Position numbers and translations under genes: made by a program
Shown here: one piece after another, positions 28,479-37,094 of the stretch
How positions within the stretch are numbered: the stretch's first letter is position 1
Layout of the letters: every line of letters begins with the position of its first letter
Source of the DNA: a bacterium
Lineage (GTDB): Bacteria > Krumholzibacteriota > Krumholzibacteriia > LZORAL124-64-63
Assembly (NCBI GenBank): GCA_003353795.1
Contig: PIVY01000002.1
Span: forward strand, 12,552 to 76,551
Direction: 5' to 3'
DNA length: 64,000 bases
Notes under the pieces: generated by a model
The model's input: only the letters and a program-made list of their open reading frames with translations
What the model was told of the DNA's origin: nothing
Database searches by the model: none

Positions 28479-29330
28479 TCACGGTGCGGGGACCGCCAGT
28501 TCGTGGAGGCGCCGCTGCGCCGATTCCAGGTCCGGACATCCCGCGACTCCCAGTGCCCCACTGTCGGTTTTCCGCATGACCACCACTCCCTGATAAGGGA
28601 TCTCGCGCCACGCGACCACGTGGCCGCCGTCTTCCTGCACGTGCCACTGGCGGGAGATGGTGGCGAAGGGGTCGCCGCCGGCCCGCATGGCGAACACCTG
28701 GTACGCCTGTCCCGAGTCCGGATCCTCGTAGTCGGCGTGGAGGCAGTTGCGCAGGTCGGCCAGGCCGAGGTAGTCGCGACCGGTGTAGGCGACCGAGCCC
28801 GGAACACGATCGGCGTTGGGAATCAGGGCGAGTTCGGCGGGCGGGGAGTCCGCTCCTTCCAGGCCCGCGGCCGCGGCGGCGAGGATCTCGCGCAGCAGCG
28901 TTTCGTCGACATCGCCGCCGCCGGCCTCGACCTTCACGTAGAAGCGGTCCTTGTACATGAGGCCCTGGTAAGGCGGCTGCAGGATCGCACCGGCGCCGGG
29001 TTCGTCGAGGATCTCCCGATCGGCGGGACTCTCGCGCTCGAAGATGCCGAAGGCGCTCATGGGGTGGCCCATGTCGTAAACGCTGAGGGTGGCGTACTGG
29101 TCGCCGCGTTCGAGGTCGCGCACCGCCAGTTCCCGGAAGTTGTAGGTGAGATAAAGCTCGGCCGCGCCGTTGATGTACTCCCAGAGGTTGTCGGGACCGT
29201 AGCGATATTCCTGGTCGGGGGCGTCCCAGCCCTCGGGGATGGGCACGATGTTCTCCTCGCCGGTCGTCTGGGCGACGACCGACGAGACGGTGCAGGCGGC
29301 GATCAGGATGGCCGCGAAGATGGCGCGCAT
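28479..29330 (-). CDS. Hypothetical secreted protein; last gene of the Tat/Fe-S redox operon.
   Basis: The signal peptide is 'MRAIFAAILIAACTVSSVVAQ'. A 12-nt spacer separates it from the upstream aldo-keto reductase gene. Confidence 0.5.
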   Translation of the reverse strand: MRAIFAAILIAACTVSSVVAQTTGEENIVPIPEGWDAPDQEYRYGPDNLWEYINGAAELYLTYNFRELAVRDLERGDQYATLSVYDMGHPMSAFGIFERESPADREILDEPGAGAILQPPYQGLMYKDRFYVKVEAGGGDVDETLLREILAAAAAGLEGADSPPAELALIPNADRVPGSVAYTGRDYLGLADLRNCLHADYEDPDSGQAYQVFAMRAGGDPFATISRQWHVQEDGGHVVAWREIPYQGVVVMRKTDSGALGVAGCPDLESAQRRLHELAVPAP

Positions 29331-29342
29331 GTCGATTCCTTC

Positions 29343-30726
29343 CTAGGCCATGGTGAGCAGGCCGTGAGCCTCGAACAGACGGGCGGGCACCGCCACGCCG
29401 CGGGAGCAGGCTCCCACGCAGGGGGCGTCGCAGTCGAGGCAGACACCGGCGTTGCGAGCGCCGAGCTTGGCGTACTTCTGCATGGCGTGCTTCTGCCGCC
29501 CCTGCTTCTGGTAGTAGTAGGCGTAGCGCATGATGGTGCTCACGGGCAACTGCTCCGGGCAGGCGCCGAAACACTCGGTGCAACCGAAGCGGCAGTCGCG
29601 TGCAGCGTAGGCCGCGGCGTACTCCTCGAGCAGGCGGGCGCCGCTGTCGGAGATCTCGGTGCCGGACAGTGGCAGGAACTTGTCGAGCATGTCGAAGTTG
29701 GGCATGGACGGCACGATGGTGTGAGCGTCGGGATTGCGCAGCACCCACTGGAGGCTGGCGTAGTCCAGCTCGTCCTGGGTCTTGATGCCGTGCTTCTCCA
29801 TGAACGGCTTGGCCGCCGCCACGCCCTTCTCGAATTCCGGCTTCTGCCGCTCCATGTAGGTGCGGATCCGCTCGATGGCCTCCTCGCGGGTGGCGCCGGT
29901 GCCCATGACGTAGTCGATCCAGCCCTGGACCTGCTCGCTGGGGTTGTCGGGATCGAGGACCGGCATCTCAAGCAGCCCCGTCACCGACTTCATGATGGTG
30001 GTGCCGATGTCCTTGTCCTTGCAGACCTTCAGGATGTTCTCGCCCTCTTCCTGGTTCGTGAAGCCGTAGCTCAGCAGCATGACGTCGAAGCGACCGTCCT
30101 CGGCGGCCAGGCCGAGCACCTTCTCCATGCTGTCGGGCTCGTCGCCGCGGGGGCCGTGGCTGGAGATGCCGGCGTGCTTGAGCCTGCCGTCGGCCTTGAG
30201 CTTGGCCACCGCGATATGGAAGGGCTCGTGGGTGATCAGCTTCACGTCGGCGATACCGTGCATGTAGAGCGCGTCGGCGTAGGGGGTCTGCAGGCGCTCG
30301 AGGCTCTTCATGTAGCGGTCGATGATCTCCTGCTCGTCGGGGTACTCGTCGATGCCCATCTTGGTGACGATGAAGATCTTCTCGCGGTCCATGTACTGCA
30401 TGGCCTGGCCGATCTTGGTCTCGGAATCGCCATTTCCGTAGCTCTCGGCGGTGTCGAAGCAGTTGATGCCGTGGTCGTAGGCGTAGCGGATCACGTTGGG
30501 GTCGGCGATGGAACCGCAGCCCATACCCAGGTCGGAAACCTGGAACTCGGTGCGACCGAGGCGGCGGTGGCGTGTGACCTTGGCGACGGCGGGCTCCGCG
30601 GCGGCGACGGGGTCGGACTGCGCTTCGGGCTTGCTGCCGCAGCCCGCGGCGGCCAGGCCGAGAGCGGCGGTGCCTCCCAGCTTGAAGAACGCGCGGCGGT
30701 CGAGCTTGCTCTGTTCGGTCTTCATG
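29343..30726 (-). CDS. Tat-exported aldo/keto reductase fused to a C-terminal Cys-rich Fe-S (ferredoxin-like) domain.
   Basis: An ATG at 30726 follows GAGG. 'MKTEQSKLDRRAFFKLGGTAALGLAAAGC' is a Tat signal. 'YDHGINCFDTAESYGNGDSE' is an aldo-keto-reductase motif. The C-terminus is 'CRFGCTECFGACP...CLDCDAPCVGACSRG'. Confidence 0.75.
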
Positions 30727-30742
30727 ATCTCGCCCTCTCTTT

Positions 30743-32389
30743 TCAATAACCTAGATCTTGGCCATAGGGATCGTTGCCGCCCGGCAGGACGGGCTGGTTG
30801 TCGGGATGCCGATCCTCGCCGGCACTGGTGACGCGGATCGCGGCCAGGTCCTGGAACGGACACTTGGTCTCGCAGATGCCGCAGCCGGTGCACAGGTCGG
30901 GATCGACCACGGGAAATTTCAGGGTGCGCGAGGAACCGTCACGCAGTTCGACGTCGCGCAGTTCGAAGGTGATGGCCTTGGTGGGGATGGGACAGTGCTC
31001 CTCGCAGACGATGCACTCGCGGTCGTAGGCGAAGGGCAGGCAGCGGGTGGTGTCGATCACCGCCAGGCCGATGTTGGCCTTCTTCTTCACGTCCAGAGTC
31101 AGCGGCTCGATGGCCTGCGTGGGGCAGACCTGTCCGCAGGCGTGACACTCGAACTCGCAATAGCCGATGGCCGGCACCAGCACCGGCGACCAGAGGCCCT
31201 CGAGGCCCGCCTGCTCCCAGGCCGGTTGCAGCGCCGCCGTGGGGCAGACCTGCATGCAGAGGCCGCACTGCACGCAGCGTTGCAGGAATTCGCGCTCGGC
31301 ACGCGAGCCGGGCGGGCGGATGAGCGCCGGATTGAAGGTCTTGCCGTGGGCCTGCGGCGTCATGCGCATGAGCGCGAGGCCGCCGGCGCCGGCGACCAGC
31401 GAGGTGATCAGGCGGCGTTTGCCCACATCGAGCGTGCCGCTGGAGGTCTTCGCCGTGGGCAGATGCCAGGTGAAGTCGAGGCTGCCGTTCTTGCACGCGT
31501 CCACGCAGTTCCAGCAGCCGAAGCACTCGGTGCCGAGCCACTGGTCGGGCTTCTCGGGCTGGGCAGCCGCGGGGCAGCTGAGGGTGCACTTGCCACAGCT
31601 GTTGCAGCTCTCGCTGTCGCTGGTCAGGCGCAGGAGTGGTCGGATGGAGAAGGCGCCAAGCAGACCGCCCAACGGGCAGAGATAGCGGCACCAGAAACGG
31701 TTGCGCACCAGGTTCAGGGCCAGCGCGGTCATGAAGATCAGGAAGATGAAGCCGGCGCCGGAGAAGACGCGCAGTTCGGTGGCCGTGACCTGGTTGCGCC
31801 ACCAGGTGTAGACCGGTTCGGTGAGGTCGCGCAGGTGCAGCGCGCCCAGGTGCGGATCGCCCATGTAGATCGCGTTGGCGACGGCGCCCACGGCCACGTC
31901 CAGGGCGGGGACCACGGTGAGGGAGAGGCTGCGGTAGAGGAGGGAGAAGGGGTCGAGGACCCCGATCCAGTTGGCGCCGCAGACCGCGAGCAGGAGAAGC
32001 GCGGCGAGGATGTAGTACTTGCCGCGTTGCCAGCGGCTGTAGCCCTCGACGCGCGGCGTGATGCGGCGGAACTGGTCGCGAAGGGAACCCACCATGTTGT
32101 GGAGCGTGCCGAGGGGGCAGAACCAGCCGCAGAAGACCCGGCCGAACACGAGGGTGACGGCGATAGTCGCCAGGCCCAGCAGCGACGCGCCGGCCAGGGT
32201 GTGGGTCGACAGCCAGGTGGCAATCATCACCAGCGGGTCGAGATCGAAGAACACGCCGACCGGTGCGTCCGGCGCCAGGCCGGTGGTGGGGCGGTTGGCG
32301 GCGAGCAGCACGACGAACAGCAGAAGCGCGAGGCCTTGGACCGTGCGGCGCGTCCAGATGAGGCGGCGGGCTCGCGCGTGGGCGCTCAC
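30743..32389 (-). CDS. Membrane-bound NapH/MauN/RdxA-like polyferredoxin with an integral membrane domain and four 4Fe-4S motifs.
   Basis: A GTG start at 32389 overlaps the upstream DUF362 stop as GTGA. The N-terminus has 'RRLIWTRRTVQ'. Membrane CX3CP motifs are 'FCGWFCPLG' and 'FWCRYLCPLG'. The C-terminus has 'CVQCGLCMQVCP', 'CHACGQVCP', 'CIVCEEHCP' and 'CTGCGICETKCP'. The Arg-rich N-terminus in the table ORF overlaps DUF362 and is rejected. Confidence 0.75.
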   Translation of the reverse strand: MSAHARARRLIWTRRTVQGLALLLFVVLLAANRPTTGLAPDAPVGVFFDLDPLVMIATWLSTHTLAGASLLGLATIAVTLVFGRVFCGWFCPLGTLHNMVGSLRDQFRRITPRVEGYSRWQRGKYYILAALLLLAVCGANWIGVLDPFSLLYRSLSLTVVPALDVAVGAVANAIYMGDPHLGALHLRDLTEPVYTWWRNQVTATELRVFSGAGFIFLIFMTALALNLVRNRFWCRYLCPLGGLLGAFSIRPLLRLTSDSESCNSCGKCTLSCPAAAQPEKPDQWLGTECFGCWNCVDACKNGSLDFTWHLPTAKTSSGTLDVGKRRLITSLVAGAGGLALMRMTPQAHGKTFNPALIRPPGSRAEREFLQRCVQCGLCMQVCPTAALQPAWEQAGLEGLWSPVLVPAIGYCEFECHACGQVCPTQAIEPLTLDVKKKANIGLAVIDTTRCLPFAYDRECIVCEEHCPIPTKAITFELRDVELRDGSSRTLKFPVVDPDLCTGCGICETKCPFQDLAAIRVTSAGEDRHPDNQPVLPGGNDPYGQDLGY

Positions 32390-33327
32390 GAGAGGACGCG
32401 ATCCACGGGTGCCAGCGAGGCGTAGTCGATGGTGCCCAGGCCGGCGGCGACCGCGGCGTTCAGGGTGCTGATCGCCGTGGGGTCGTGCCCGAGGAGCGTG
32501 GACCCGAAGGCGTCGAGGGCCACGATGTCGGTGCCGGCGGCCACGATGCCGTGCACGGTGACGTCGCCCGGGTCGCCGCCCTGGGGACCGTGGGCGTCGA
32601 GTACGCGCACCGCGTCGATCACCGTGAGGCGGGGACGCATGAAGCGGGTGATGTCCACCAGACAAGGATCCATGTGCTGGTGCCAAGCGGTGCGCTGGCC
32701 GCCGATGGTGCCCATGTAGTTCTTCATGGCCAGCGACGCGTTAGTCAGGCCGTGGTGCTTGACCACCGGCACGTTGATCACCAGGTCGGCCTCTGCGATC
32801 TCGGTGTAGACGGGCCACGTCTCGAGCCGGTCGCCGCCCAGCTCCATGTCGCGGAAGCGGCGCTCGTCGAGGTAGACCACCTGGCCTCCGCCCGCCTTGG
32901 TGGCTGCCGCGATGCCGCTGGTGCGGTAGGCCTGCTTGGCGGGATGGCAGGGGTGATCGCCCACCTTGACGGTCTTGGCGCCGGCCTCGACACAGAGGCG
33001 TACCAGGGTGCCGACCACGTCCGGGTTGGTGTTGGCGGCCAGCTCGGGGCGGCGATTCCAGCCGATGTTGGGCTTGATCCAGACCACGTCGCCCTTGCTG
33101 ACGAATCGGGTCATGCCGCCGATGGACGACATGGCGGCCTCGGTGAGGCGAGTGGCGGCCGCGGTGAGATCGGCGTCGGCGAGGGCGGCCTGGTCCCAGC
33201 GGGCGATGGCCATCTGGGCGGGGTCGTCGGCGGCTCGAGCGAGACGGATCAGCGGATCGGAAAGGGCGATGGCGCCGGTGGCCAGGGCCGCGTTCCGCAG
33301 GAACTCGCGACGGTCGCAGCGGGGCAT
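32386..33327 (-). CDS. DUF362 domain protein with a Tat signal (ferredoxin-associated family).
   Basis: The N-terminus 'MPRCDRREFLRNAALATGAIALS' has a twin-arginine motif. The DUF362 core 'DVVWIKPNIGWN...VINVPVVKHHGLT' follows. It is the first gene of the operon. Confidence 0.7.
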   Translation of the reverse strand: MPRCDRREFLRNAALATGAIALSDPLIRLARAADDPAQMAIARWDQAALADADLTAAATRLTEAAMSSIGGMTRFVSKGDVVWIKPNIGWNRRPELAANTNPDVVGTLVRLCVEAGAKTVKVGDHPCHPAKQAYRTSGIAAATKAGGGQVVYLDERRFRDMELGGDRLETWPVYTEIAEADLVINVPVVKHHGLTNASLAMKNYMGTIGGQRTAWHQHMDPCLVDITRFMRPRLTVIDAVRVLDAHGPQGGDPGDVTVHGIVAAGTDIVALDAFGSTLLGHDPTAISTLNAAVAAGLGTIDYASLAPVDRVLS

Positions 33328-33723
33328 GATGCCTCCTCACAGGTGGTCGGGCGAGCCGGGCAGCTCGCCGACAGGTGCTGGCGAGCATACGGCGTTGATT
33401 CTAGCGCGGTTGCAGGGGATGTGTCCAGGGGGCGACAGGATCGGTCGTCGATCTACGAGGAATCCGCCAAGAATCCTAAACCTTGAACTCACGCTTGGTG
33501 AAGTTCTCGCTAATTGACCGATGATTATCGGCGTTCTATTGTGCCCTGGCTGGCGAATCTCCCGAGTATCGCAACGTGGGTCGGCAACGGCGAGATCTTA
33601 TTCAAGTTGTTTATTTGATACCAGTTATCGTTTCAGTGTCTCGACAAAGGAGGCCTCTCTGTCGCCTCTTCGATCAACTCGCCCGTTCCATTTTCCGGAT
33701 CGATCAATGAGGAGGATTCCGAC

Positions 33724-36700
33724 ATGAATCATCGCCCAACCCGACTGATCATCGTGCTGCTCACCTTGTTTGCCATCGTCCTCTCCGCGTCGTCGGCGCT
33801 GGCGGCGCTGGAGTGGGAGAAACGGGCCGCCATCGATCACGGCCTCGTGTGGCTGGCAACCAACCAGTCCATCAACGGCGACCTGGGATACTGGAGCTAC
33901 TCCAACGACGGCACCCTCGCCTGCACCGCCGCTGCGGCGCTGGCATTCATCGAGGAGGACTTTCTGCCCGGCGAGGACGTTGTCATCGACGACATCAACT
34001 ACGGCGACGTGGTGGGCTTCGCGCTCAACTACGTCTTCAATCACGCCGTCGCGGACTCGCGATTCGGCGTGGAGTACGCGGTCTACGAGCGATATGCCGA
34101 GGACTACGACAACGACGGCATCTACGACGACGGTAACGACCAGGCCATCTACTTCGATCCGGGGAATCCCAACCGGCGGGTCTACACCACCGGCATCTGC
34201 GTGCCCATGGTCTTCGCTCTGGGCGAACGTCTGGGAATCAATACCGTCATCGGTCGCGGCTCGGCGGTCGTCAGCGGCATGACCTACGCCGAGGCCATGC
34301 AGGATCTCATCGACTGGTTCTGCTTCGCCCAGGTCGAGCCGAATCGCGGCAACTACCGCGGAGGCTGGCGCTACGATGCGAACTACCCCGACTCGGACAA
34401 TTCCACCGCGCAGTGGGGATCCCTTCCGTTGCTCTACGGCGATTCGTGGGGGCTGGGAGCGCCCGACTACGTGTTCGCCGAACTGGAACTCTGGGTGAAC
34501 TACATCCAGAACGCCAACGGCGGCTCCGGGTATTCCAATCCCGGTAACTACGTCAACGTGGCCAAGACGGGCGGACTCCTGCTCGAGTTGGCGGCCATCG
34601 GCGCACCGGTGAGCGACGCACGGGTGCAGGCGGCGATCGGCTTCATCAACGGCCGCTGGAACACCGGGCCGTCTGGCACCTGGTACGGCAACCTGAATCA
34701 TCCCTATGCCATGTGGGCGGTCTTCAAGGGGCTCGAGGTCTATGACCTCATGGATACCATCACTCTGGATGATCTCGAGATCCTCTTCGGTTTCGGAATG
34801 TCCGCTGCACCTGGCGGCTTCCCCATCGGCACCGTCGACGACTTCGTCATATCCGAGAGTGGCGATTGGTACTCGCACTACTGCGACTACCTCGTGGGGA
34901 TCCAGAACGGAGATGGGGGCTGGAACGGCTATCTGCACTGGGTCGGCGCCATGGCGACCGGCTGGTACATCAACATCCTCGATGGCATCCGCGTGCCGGG
35001 AATCGGCAATCCGGCCATCAGGCTGGTCTCCGAGATTCCCGATGCTTGCGCCAATCCTGGCGACCCGGTGCTCCACACCGCCGCATTCTGGTACGGCACG
35101 CCGGGCTTCCCCGATCCCGACACGCTGCCGGCCGAGAACGTCGAGGTGCTGCTCACCCTCAATCAGCACATGACGTTCGTCGCAGCCAGCGATGGCGGCA
35201 CCTACGACGTGGGCGCCCATACGGTCACCTGGTCCATCGGTGAACTGGCCGACGGAGAGGTGGATACGGTCACCGTGGACGCGGTCGTCGCCGGCACGGC
35301 GCCTGCCGACGCCGAGCTGATCACCGAAGTCGACGTGAGTGCGACCAACGTACAGGAGGAGGACTGGGGCCACGACGAGACGGAGGTTCTCACCTGCGTG
35401 TCCACCTGCGTCTGGAACGTCGCTACCGACGTGGTCGAGCGCGGCGCCACCCACGGCGTGGCCTGGGGCGATTACGACAATGATCAGGACCCCGATCTCC
35501 TGGTCACCGGCAGCGGCTTGAACCACCTGTACGAGAACGTGGACGGCGTGCTCGTGATGGTCGAGGGCTGGTGCGAAGACGAGGAGCCGTCCTACGGAGC
35601 CGCCTGGGCCGACTACGACAACGACGGCGATCTCGATGTCTACGTCGTGAACTCCCTGGTGGCCAACGCGCTCTACAACAACGACGCCGGCGTGTTCACC
35701 CGGGTCGCCGCCGGCGATGCCGAGGACGCCGGAGACGGCTACAATGCCGCCTGGGCGGACTTCGACGGCGACGGCGATCTCGATCTCTACATCTGCAACC
35801 GAGACGGCACCAACCGGTTGCTCGAGAACGACGGCGGCATGTTCACCTCGGTGGGCGGCGTGACCGAGTACACGGGCATCACCCGCGGCTGTGCATTCGC
35901 CGACTACGACAACGACGACGATCCGGACCTCTACATCAGCGTCTACGGCGACAACATGCTCTTTCGCAACGACGGCGGCGTGTTCGTCGACGTCTCGGCC
36001 CCGCCGATGAACGACGGCGGCGAGGGCAAGGGCGTGGCCTGGGCCGACTACGACAACGACGGCGATCTGGATCTCTACCTGGTCAACACCCACGGCGCCA
36101 ACAAGCTGTTCCGGAACGACCTCGATGCCGGCTTCGTCGACGTGACCGACGCACTTCTCGGCGACGAGAACAACGGTCGCACGTGCGCCTGGGCCGACTA
36201 CGACAACGACGGCTGGATGGACCTCTTCTTCACCAACATCACCAGCGGTCGGAACATCCTCATCGAGAACGACGAGGGTGTGTTCACGGATGCCAATTGC
36301 GGTGTGCTCGAGGACACGGCGACGCTGGAATCGTGGGGCTGCGCCTTCGCCGACTACGACGGTGACGGCGACCAGGATCTGGCCATGGCGGTGCGCACGC
36401 TCAACGGTCCGAGCAAGGTGTTCCGCAACGATCTGACGTTCGGCGAGCCGGCGAACTGGCTGCAGATCGACCTGCGCGGCGTGGCCAACAATCGCTTCGG
36501 TGTGGGCGCCCGCATCGTGGTCGATACCGGCGAGCAGACCCTGATGCGCGCCGTGAATGCCAACGGCGCCTACCTGGGGCAGCAGCCGCTCACCGCCAGC
36601 TTCGGGCTGGGCGCGGCCACGCACGTGGATCTGACCGTGCACTGGCCCAACGGCGAGGTCCAGACCCTGGCGAATCTGCCGGTGAACCGCCGGCTGGAGA

Positions 36701-37026
36701 TCGTGGAAGCCGCCGGCGCGGTGGGCGTGGACGAGTTGCCGACGTCGCCGCTCCTGACGGTGACCAACTATCCGAATCCGTTCAACCCCAGCACGACCCT
36801 GGAGTTCTCGCTGCCGCGCAGCGCCGAGGTCGAGTTGAAGGTGCTGGATGCGCGCGGTCGGCTGGTCAGGACGTTGCTGGCCGGCGAGACCATGGTTGCC
36901 GGCGTGCATCGCGTGCGGTGGCAGGGCGGCAGCGACTCCGGTCGGGATGTGCCGTCGGGCGTGTACTTCTATCGGTGCGGTGCGGGCGGTGAGGTCGTGA
37001 CCGGAAGGATGGTGCTCTTGAAGTAG
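33724..37026 (+). CDS. Giant secreted CRTAC1-like protein. It has an N-terminal prenyltransferase/terpene-cyclase-like alpha-toroid region, about 10 FG-GAP/VCBS repeats, ASPIC/UnbV domains and a C-terminal Por_Secre_tail/FlgD-Ig-like sorting domain.
   Basis: The signal peptide is 'MNHRPTRLIIVLLTLFAIVLSASSALA'. 'WADYDNDGDLDLY' type repeats occur about 10 times. 'RFGVGARIVVDTGEQTLMRAVNANGAYLGQQ' is an ASPIC/UnbV motif. The C-terminus is 'YPNPFNPSTTLEF...VLDARGRLV...SGVYFYRC...RMVLLK'. Confidence 0.75.
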   Translation: MNHRPTRLIIVLLTLFAIVLSASSALAALEWEKRAAIDHGLVWLATNQSINGDLGYWSYSNDGTLACTAAAALAFIEEDFLPGEDVVIDDINYGDVVGFALNYVFNHAVADSRFGVEYAVYERYAEDYDNDGIYDDGNDQAIYFDPGNPNRRVYTTGICVPMVFALGERLGINTVIGRGSAVVSGMTYAEAMQDLIDWFCFAQVEPNRGNYRGGWRYDANYPDSDNSTAQWGSLPLLYGDSWGLGAPDYVFAELELWVNYIQNANGGSGYSNPGNYVNVAKTGGLLLELAAIGAPVSDARVQAAIGFINGRWNTGPSGTWYGNLNHPYAMWAVFKGLEVYDLMDTITLDDLEILFGFGMSAAPGGFPIGTVDDFVISESGDWYSHYCDYLVGIQNGDGGWNGYLHWVGAMATGWYINILDGIRVPGIGNPAIRLVSEIPDACANPGDPVLHTAAFWYGTPGFPDPDTLPAENVEVLLTLNQHMTFVAASDGGTYDVGAHTVTWSIGELADGEVDTVTVDAVVAGTAPADAELITEVDVSATNVQEEDWGHDETEVLTCVSTCVWNVATDVVERGATHGVAWGDYDNDQDPDLLVTGSGLNHLYENVDGVLVMVEGWCEDEEPSYGAAWADYDNDGDLDVYVVNSLVANALYNNDAGVFTRVAAGDAEDAGDGYNAAWADFDGDGDLDLYICNRDGTNRLLENDGGMFTSVGGVTEYTGITRGCAFADYDNDDDPDLYISVYGDNMLFRNDGGVFVDVSAPPMNDGGEGKGVAWADYDNDGDLDLYLVNTHGANKLFRNDLDAGFVDVTDALLGDENNGRTCAWADYDNDGWMDLFFTNITSGRNILIENDEGVFTDANCGVLEDTATLESWGCAFADYDGDGDQDLAMAVRTLNGPSKVFRNDLTFGEPANWLQIDLRGVANNRFGVGARIVVDTGEQTLMRAVNANGAYLGQQPLTASFGLGAATHVDLTVHWPNGEVQTLANLPVNRRLEIVEAAGAVGVDELPTSPLLTVTNYPNPFNPSTTLEFSLPRSAEVELKVLDARGRLVRTLLAGETMVAGVHRVRWQGGSDSGRDVPSGVYFYRCGAGGEVVTGRMVLLK
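35590..36430 (+). repeat. Intragenic near-identical DNA repeats encoding FG-GAP units, of the form gcctgggccgactacgacaacgacggcgatctcgat.
   Basis: About 27-40-nt near-identical units are visible at 35596, 35744, 36031, 36187 and 36340. Confidence 0.6.
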
Positions 37027-37094
37027 GCGGCATCTCCAGCAGGAGAATCGATCCGCAATCGTAATGGGCCCGGGGCGTCAGCGCTCCGGGCTCG

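Noticed and set aside
28423-30749. 441-aa and 748-aa ORFs overlapping the secreted protein and aldo-keto reductase genes.
   Set aside because: The operon genes on the minus strand have signal peptides and catalytic motifs. These ORFs are low-complexity.
32390-32686. Arg-rich 99-aa N-terminal extension of the NapH-like ORF (MAPAHG...RPL).
   Set aside because: It overlaps the 3' end of the DUF362 gene in another frame. A GTG at 32389 forms a GTGA coupling overlap and yields a canonical 'RRLIWTRRTVQ' N-terminus.
33625-36909. 1094-aa ORF antisense to the CRTAC1-like gene.
   Set aside because: It is a shadow of a repeat-rich high-GC gene. The sense frame has FG-GAP, ASPIC and sorting-tail signatures.
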